Shown here one piece after another: positions 54,498 through 64,000 of a stretch of DNA of 64,000 bases. The notes below the pieces were generated by a model, which had not been told where the DNA came from, ran no database searches, and saw only the letters and a program-made list of their open reading frames with translations. Positions within the stretch are counted from its first letter, which is position 1. Each line of letters opens with the position of its first letter. Source of the stretch: Eledone cirrhosa (lineage: Eukaryota); contig OZ024743.1 in the NCBI GenBank assembly GCA_964016885.1, positions 161,572,001 through 161,636,000 on the forward strand, written 5' to 3'. Both the position numbers and the translations under genes were made by a program.

Positions 54498-54535
54498 TCC
54501 CTCCGAAGAAGAGATATTATCTCGAAAATTAAGGA
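54498..54535 (+). ncRNA. Minimal hammerhead-like motif (U4C variant) in a PLE remnant
   Basis: TCCCT CCGAAGA A GAGATA-T-TATCTC GAA AATT A AGGA. Confidence 0.45.
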
Positions 54536-54693
54536 CATTTAAATAAATTCAAGGTGAAAGACGAATTCACATCAATATCTTTCACTATTGCATTCTTTTT
54601 TCTATGTCCATACCTGCATTGTCTTGGCCTTATTACACATATTCAAATGTTTATACCTCATTACACAATGCTTCAAGTGAACTATAACCTCCT

Positions 54694-54751
<58 letters not shown>

Positions 54752-55084
54752 GCATAAGATGCATAGATATATACATATAAGTACTCATATATAAACACTC
54801 ACATATACACATACATAAAAACCTATGCATACATACACACACACACAAAGACAAACACATACATACAAACAAAAATATACATATTTACATGTACTTATAA
54901 TTAAACTCATATACACACATATGCACACACGCCCCAAAAAATGTATACAAAAGAGGCTTACAACAAGTATACATATATAAAAATAAACACATACATACTA
55001 CATCAATATCTGCACACTATATATATATAAAAAAAGAAGGCAACCCTAAATTAAGTATAACACTAGTAGATTGCTTAATTTTAT

Positions 55085-55920
55085 AGTAAAAAGAGTAATG
55101 TGTCTTATGTTAACAAGAAGGAATTACCTCATTTTTGGCATTTAATAAGTTCAAATTGGAGGTCAATATTTCGAACACCTCAACAAAGATTACATTTGGA
55201 TCTATTTTTTGCATATGGCCTTGTTGTATTAATTAAAGACCATTTAATATTATAATTAACCTTTTCTTCTTTAAAGGACCAGATTAATTTTGAGAGGTTG
55301 TATTTCTCAGCTTCTTATTGCTAAATGAATGAGTAGGAGCATAAAATCTTGTTTTGAATTTATTGGCAGTAGTACCTATATAAATAAAGCAATTATCACT
55401 AGTTGAAACCTCACATCTATAAATAACATTAGTTTTAAGACATTTACCCTCAAATGGGCAATTATTAAAATTTCTACAATTACAATTGATCCCAAAAGGT
55501 CGACTAGGCAGTATCAGTAGAAGGTCAGATGCCATGCTTTGCAGCATAGAATTACGCCCCTTTATGGTCTGTATTCAAATCCCGTCGAGGTTAACTTTGC
55601 CTTTCATCCTTACGGGGTCAGTAAAATAAAGCACCAGTAATACACTGGGGTAATTGCTGGCCTTGTGCCAAAAGTAGAAACAATTATTATTGATTATATT
55701 ATTGTTATGATCCCCACCAACAAAAGTGTAACTGGTATACTTAGTTTTACCAAATTTCTAATTGTCAATATCAATTCCAGACACCCTACTATTGATCTGA
55801 GTGTTTACATTGTTAACAATACTACCATTATTCCAAATATCAGTTTCACTACCATTAAGACAGTGATTATTACCAACATTAATGGGTGTTGTATTTATGA
55901 TATTAAGAGTGGAAATACAT
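55085..55920 (-). mobile_element. Naiad-like Penelope element, GIY-YIG C-terminus, decayed, with SINE insertion at ~55498-55682
   Basis: CNCRNFNNCPFEGKCL..VIY..YIGTT..FKTRF..LSKLIW..IKWS..CNLC..LLNAKNE..C*H. Confidence 0.8.
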
Positions 55921-55989
55921 TCATATATATATATATATATGGTTGAAAAAAGGTGTGTATGTATATATATATATATATACATATGTATG

Positions 55990-56047
<58 letters not shown>

Positions 56048-56086
56048 CATACATATGTATATATATATATATATATATATACATAT

Positions 56087-56150
<64 letters not shown>

Positions 56151-56212
56151 TATATACATACATATATATATTAGAATTGGTGCTCTGAAATTGCAAAATA
56201 CACTATATATAC

Positions 56213-56255
<43 letters not shown>

Positions 56256-56401
56256 TGTATATATATGAATGTATATATATATATATATATGGCATATATA
56301 TATATATATATATATATATGAATGTATATATATGAATGTATATATATATATATATATGGCATATACACACATATATATATATATATGGTATAAACATATA
56401 T

Positions 56402-56469
<68 letters not shown>

Positions 56470-56476
56470 TATATAC

Positions 56477-56559
<83 letters not shown>

Positions 56560-58270
56560 TATATACATATATATGTGTGTGTGTATATTGTATATATATA
56601 TATATGCTATATACATATAAACATATATATATATGTATATAAGTTAGTTAGGTGTATAACAACAGTTACAGGTGGCGTGCCATTCGAAGCACTCAATGCT
56701 GTTACAGGGTTCATTTTGTTTGGGTCGTATTCCAGTGTTTTCACATACAAGCTTGCATATCTGACAAGATTTTGTAAAAGAGTTGGGCCCCATCACATTG
56801 ATTGTACCCTGAGTTGATTGATGTCGAAACTATTTTGATATACAAATAAAGTTTGTACTTATGCTGTAAAACTGACTTCGACTCTCTTAAACATATATAT
56901 ATAGCATACATATAAATATATATATATAGCATACATATAAATATATATGTATATATATTATATGTGTATATATCTATATCTACATCTATATATGTATATA
57001 TATATATGAAGACAACCAGACTGGGTTCATTCACTGTACAAGAGCATCATGCTGCTGAAAGTGCTTTATGCAAGCAAAACCTGGAAGAGAACGTCAAAGA
57101 CATAGAGACAGCTTAACACATTCCACTAGCAATGCATGTGAAGGATCCTTCAGGTGTTTTGGCAGAGGGTGGTCATGGAGTACTGGTGTCACCTGGCTGG
57201 CCATATTCTGCGCCTGCCCAACGAAAGACCCTCAAAAACGGCGTGAACTAAACTCCCCCTAGCAGCAAACAGAAGCAGCATTGCCCCAGGATCACCTGGA
57301 GATGAATATTCCAGAAAGTCCTGATGGCAGTCAACATCACTTGGCACAGACATTGAAAAAGCTGCCACTGATCGTGATCATTGGTGACTATTTACTGTTC
57401 AATGCGCTGAAAGGCACGAAAGAACTTAAGACTATGACTAAGAAGATATATACTAATTTAAGGTATCACAACATATATAATATGTATGATGCTTATGTTT
57501 CTCTTAATTTTATATATATAGTATATTTATTATATGTAATATATAAAATTAATAAGAATAACCAGGAGTAAATTATCTAATTGATTTATGGACATTTCTT
57601 TCAATACAGTAGGTAGTACCATTTCATTCCTCTGTACCAAATTCTTTAGAATCTATTCAACCATATAAGAAGCATAATTATTTGCCAACTGCATGTCTGA
57701 ACATATATATATATATGTGTGTGTGTGTGTACTTGTAGATAAGATAAGTATGAGGTTTATTTACTCGAAAATCAGGTGCGAAAAATAACACAGAACTTAT
57801 TTATTGAACATTGCTTTGGGCTTGAATTATGTAGTATTCACTAACACACACACCCAGGTAAATGATTGAGAGTATAGAATGGTCTGAATGTATTCACTCT
57901 ATATGAATATCAGCTTCATAAAAAAAAATACACTGATGACATCTAATGCAAAACAAAAATCAATTCTATGTTTGCAGCAGTAATCTTAATGCTCATTATA
58001 TGATATATACATTGTCAGTCAATTAGGGGTGGTGATTTATAAAAACAATCTATTCATTCCAGTTATAAGAATACATTGCTACAATATGTATGGTTTAAGG
58101 AGTCTGGTAGCCTGTTTTAAATACAACTGCAAGTGAAGTTGCTGATAGTGTGTATGAAAAGCAGCATATGACTTATGTACAGGTCAAAGGCTGAAGCCAT
58201 AATATTATAAACATATGGGGGTACAACTTTTCTACCATTGCAACATATATATATATATATTTATATATAC

Positions 58271-58353
<83 letters not shown>

Positions 58354-58398
58354 CATATATATATATATATTTATATATACATGTATATATATATATAT

Positions 58399-58468
<70 letters not shown>

Positions 58469-58595
58469 GAATAAAAATAGACTGATAAACAGGATTGTCC
58501 ATCATCAGTAGTCTGCTGATTATCATTGGTATTTATTTGTATTATATATATATATATTTATATATACATATATATATATATAATATATGTATATA

Positions 58596-58669
<74 letters not shown>

Positions 58670-58671
58670 TG

Positions 58672-58734
<63 letters not shown>

Positions 58735-58778
58735 TTATATATATATATATATATATACACATATATATTTATACATAT

Positions 58779-58811
<33 letters not shown>

Positions 58812-58893
58812 GATAGATATATATATATATATACATACATATATATATGTATATATATATATATATATATTTATATATACATATATATATGTT

Positions 58894-58952
<59 letters not shown>

Positions 58953-58985
58953 TTATATATACATATATTCTCGATACGTAAATAC

Positions 58986-59035
<50 letters not shown>

Positions 59036-59082
59036 CATTTATATATACATTTATATATACATTTATATATACATTTATATAT

Positions 59083-59125
<43 letters not shown>

Positions 59126-59242
59126 TATATATATATACATATATATACTTATATATATACATATATATATATATATACATATGTATATATTTACATATGT
59201 ATATATTTACATATGTATATATTTACATATGTATATATATAC

Positions 59243-59289
<47 letters not shown>

Positions 59290-59290
59290 C

Positions 59291-59343
<53 letters not shown>

Positions 59344-59433
59344 CATATATATATATTTATATATACATATATATATATATATATTTATACATATATATAT
59401 ATATATATATTTATATATACATATATATATATT

Positions 59434-59488
<55 letters not shown>

Positions 59489-59792
59489 ATATATTTATAT
59501 ATACATTTATATTTATATATACATATATATATATATATTTATACATATATATATATATATATTTATACATATATATATATATATATTTATACATATATAT
59601 ATATATATATTTATACATATATATTTATACATATATATATATATATATTTATACATATATATATATATATATTTATACATATATATATATATTTATATAT
59701 ACATATATATATATATATTTATATATACATATATATATTTATATATATATATATATATTTATATATACATATATATATATATTTATATATAC

Positions 59793-59841
<49 letters not shown>

Positions 59842-59869
59842 CATATATATATACATATATATATATATT

Positions 59870-59901
<32 letters not shown>

Positions 59902-59982
59902 CATATATATATACATATATATACATATATATATACATATATATATACATATATATACATATATATATACATATATATATAC

Positions 59983-60185
<203 letters not shown>

Positions 60186-60261
60186 CATATATATTTATAT
60201 ATATAGGAATATATTTATATATACATATACATATATACATATGCATATATATATATATATA

Positions 60262-60614
60262 GTAATAATATTAAATTTGAAGACTAAAATCCAAAGAGGA
60301 CTCGATAAGGATAAATATATATCAAATATATAAGAACCGTAGTGCAAATATTTATTAAAATAACAGATTAAAGTTTAAGCAAAGAATCGCTGCTTTCACC
60401 CTTAACGGGATCTTCTGAAACTAAAAAAGTCAATCTGTGAATGCAGAAACTTCGATACTTCGCAGAACGACAATACTTCGTCTTCCTCTGGTTGAAACGT
60501 TTTTTGAAACATTTACTTCTGCATTCACAGATTGACTTGTTTAGTTTCAGAAGGGTGTTAAGGGTGAAAGCAACGATTCTTTGCTTAAATTTTAATCTGT
60601 TACTTTAATAAATA
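60262..60614. mobile_element. Fold-back element with ~100-bp arms in (TA)n
   Basis: Arms 60348-60448 / 60517-60614; non-canonical hammerhead-like CAGAAGA-TCCCGTTAAGGGT-GAAA on the minus strand. Confidence 0.75.
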
Positions 60615-60720
60615 TATATATATATATATATATATACATACATATATATATATATACATACATATGCATACATATATGTATATATACATATGCATACATA
60701 TATATATATACATACATATG

Positions 60721-60767
<47 letters not shown>

Positions 60768-60771
<4 letters not shown>

Positions 60772-61113
60772 CGTTTCTGAATTTGTTTAGCAAGATTCTT
60801 TATCTGAAAACATGTGTTGAAACCGATTTTGTTATGCTTTGGGAGAGTCATGTTGCCAATAAGAAACACACGCACCAGTTGCTTTCGCTTCAATTTATTA
60901 TAAATTAAATTTATAAATTTAGTAATTTATAAATTTCCGGTTGGTTGGTTGGTTCCACAACCAGACGATTGTTCATATATTGTCAAAGTTCTTTCATCAC
61001 AGATTCTGTGACCTCTTCAGTGACTGGGTGTTCCTAAATTTAATTTATAATAAATTGAAGTGAAAGCAACTGGTGTGTGTGTTTCTTATTGGCAACATGA
61101 CCCTCCCAAAGAA

Positions 61114-61120
<7 letters not shown>
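60768..61120. mobile_element. Fold-back pLTR-like element, MTLPK family
   Basis: Arms ~60830-60912 / 61036-61118; minus strand [28 protein letters not shown] runs into (TA)n. Confidence 0.8.
60982..61024 (-). ncRNA. Minimal hammerhead ribozyme motif
   Basis: GTCA CTGAAGA G GTCACAG-AAT-CTGTGAT GAAAGAACTT TGAC; stem I GTCA/TGAC. Confidence 0.7.
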
Positions 61121-61178
<58 letters not shown>

Positions 61179-61181
61179 ATT

Positions 61182-61214
<33 letters not shown>

Positions 61215-61225
61215 TTATATATATT

Positions 61226-61280
<55 letters not shown>

Positions 61281-62289
61281 GTATATATACATACATATAT
61301 ATATCATATTTATATATATAAATATATAAAGTGTGTAGTTTTACAATTTCATTAGAGTTTGAATTTACCCCTTGTGGCTCAACTGTTTATTTTCAACTAT
61401 TTTGATATTGGAGTTTATTTCCTTCATCTGTTGCTAATTATTTTGAATTTGGTTTCTTTAACATATAGATCATAACATGATAATATTTGATTTTTTTTTT
61501 TTTTTGTCATTATATCCAAACTTGTTGTATTTGTCTCACTTAAACTAAATATATAGATAAGCCAATTGTGGTGCCTTTACACAGTCACTCAAATCACACC
61601 TTGCTATCTTAATAAAGCAAAGGAGACATTGGATAATGTGTTCCTGGGTGTACTGTACCTATGAGGCCTGCTTGATCATGTCTGAACTGACCTAGATAAA
61701 CAATATAATCGGCAACTAAATATAAGGGAAACTAAACAATCAATTCAATTAATCAGGTCTTTTTCCTGCTTTAATTTCCTCAGAAATGAAGTATTTTTCA
61801 ATTAAATTATATACATTTATATGTATGTGCATGTATTTGCATATTTGCTTTTGTCCTCATCTATATCTGTGTGTATACATGTGCATTTTATCTTTAAATC
61901 ACTTTAATGTTAATTCTAATGTACTTTCTTCTTAACTGACTTTTCAAATATTTACACTTTGATAGGTATGAATGTCATATTCCTGTTCCTCGAAAAAAGT
62001 TCCACTGAGGCTATCATTAGTATTTTCTAGAATATGTTCTCATGTGTTGTGTATTCATTCATTTCTGAATTGACTAAACCATATTTTATTAGTATACTCT
62101 ATCACACTTCTAGCCCATGGGAGGAGTATTATATATATATATATATACATATAAAACTGTATAATGCTGCTGTTTGTTCTCACTTCTTTTTACCTACATA
62201 TATCCATGTAGACTGGATTGTTGAAAGTCAAGTGTCTTAACATAGAAACCAGAGATATGATGTGAGCCACTGTATGTCACTCATCCATA

Positions 62290-62680
62290 GGTATTACACT
62301 CTACTCCTTGTTAACACTACACCACATGTTTACATTACTTCACATGATTACACTACACCACATGTTTACATTACTTCATGTTTACACTACACCACATGTT
62401 TATACTACTTAAAATGTTTACATTATTTCATACAGACAACTTCACATGCTTACACTACTTCACACATTAACACTACTTCACATATTCATCTTTACACTAC
62501 TTCACATCATGTTTACACAACTTTACATGTTTAGACTACACCACATGTTAAGATTACTTCACATGTTGACACTATTCCTAACATTTAGACTCCTTCACAA
62601 TTTAGAGACTACAACCACATGTTTAATCTATTTCATGTGTTTACACGAGTTTACATGTTAACACTACATCATATGTTTAG
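62290..62680 (+). repeat. Degenerate ~18-bp minisatellite (TACACTACTTCACATGTT-like)
   Basis: Seen directly. Confidence 0.7.
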
Positions 62681-63190
62681 ATTACAAGTGTACATTAAAA
62701 TGTTGATAAGTAGACAATGGTGATGTTATTTTACTAAACATCATCATTATCATCATTTAATGTCCATTTTTCATGCTAGCATGGGTTAGACGAGTTGTCC
62801 CGTTGTGAGCCAAGCCAGATCAGATGACCATGTCTTGCTCATACTGGGCTGATTTTGGCTTGGTTTATACAGCTGGATGCACTAGCTAACACCAACCACA
62901 TTCACAGAGTGGACTGGGTGTTTTTTGTTGTGACACCTACATGACAACTTTACAGTGTGGCCTGGGTGCTTTTAGTTGTGGCACCAGAAATGACCTCTTT
63001 AAATATACCTCCATTTCAAAGCCTGGCTTATTTTTGTAATCTCATAATACTCTACTAATACACTACATAAAATCAACTCTTCTTTAATAATATTATTTGA
63101 TGTTTCACATAATTAGTTGTTATTCAATATGTCTCTATTTGTAGTCAACAGGTAATTTTGATAACATTCTACTCCTATATTATATAATTA

Positions 63191-63616
63191 ACTTTTGGGG
63201 AGTAATGCTACCAATGAAAATATGCACACATATTGGTTTTCACTTTAATTTATTATATTAATAACTGGATGGTTGTTTATTTGTTTATAGTCAAAGCTCT
63301 TTCATCACACATTCTTTGACCTCCTCAATGACTACTTTTGTTGTTATTTTGTGTCTCTCCTGTATTCTGTCCTACACCATCTTGTTTTTCTGAGATGGTG
63401 TAGGATAGAAACAAGATGGTGTAGGACAAAACAAGGAGGGACATAAAATAAAAAAATTAGTCACCGAGGAGGTCACAGAATGTGAAGAAAAAGCTTTGAC
63501 TATAAACAAAAAAACAGCCATCCAGTTATTAAACTAACCAACTGGCAGTTTATGATAAATTGAATCGAAAACCAACAGATGCATATGTTTTATTGGCAGC
63601 ATGACCCTCCCAAAGT
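63191..63616. mobile_element. Older fold-back element, MTLPK family, with a decayed hammerhead in each arm
   Basis: Diverged inverted arms; hammerheads 63288-63334 (-, TTGAGGA) and 63458-63502 (+, CCGAGGA), consensus CTGAGGA, stem I TAGTCA/TGACTA; ATGACCCTCCCAAAG at 63601. Confidence 0.75.
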
Positions 63617-64000
63617 ATTAAAATATCTGTCTGATTATCTCAAGCTGTCAATTGGTTATAGAATATATAGTGTAATGTGTGTTTCTAGATGGCCGTGGCA
63701 TGAATTGAAATTGACTGTGAGTCACTCAACAGTTATATGGAATATCCACCCTACTTTTTCAGACACTTTATTTTCTAAATCCTAGAGGTATGTAAGTAAA
63801 AAAATTGGGTTGAAACAGGATTTGAACTGTACACAGCAAATTCAGCTACCAATTCAATGCAACAGAATAAATTGCAGAGCTTCCTTTCTCTAATTCCCAC
63901 AAGTGACTCTGTTCACTTTTTTCTGTTTCTAGTGGATTACATACCCAACTGGTTCTGCTATTTTATAGTAAAACCTGCATTGAAGCAGCTTACTACAAGT

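Overview
AT-rich, repeat-dense animal genomic DNA. The (TA)n tracts, tRNA-derived SINEs and Penelope-like elements suggest an octopod or other coleoid mollusc (inference). The only host gene I can support is the 3' end of a conventional (Ca2+-dependent) protein kinase C on the + strand; its upstream exons are not in the window. It has two alternative C-terminal (V5) exons behind phase-0 acceptors: an alpha/betaII-like exon at 12376-12537, which the ORF track misses, and a betaI-like exon at 34796-34948. The order matches vertebrate PRKCB. Around the first exon there is a candidate splicing switch: an RBFOX/STAR motif cluster, a 16/17-bp plus 7-bp long-range duplex that would place this cluster next to the branch point, and a 6.3-kb satellite carrying ACTAAT in nearly every 31-bp unit. 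A second theme is about 15 type I hammerhead ribozyme motifs, many inside short fold-back (palindromic) elements related to Penelope-like pLTRs and inserted in (TA)n. The remainder is decayed TEs (Neptune- and Naiad-like PLEs, CRE-like, R4/Dong-like, RTE, mariner, Helitron, MITE), SINEs, minisatellites and microsatellites. All alignments and folds were done by eye.
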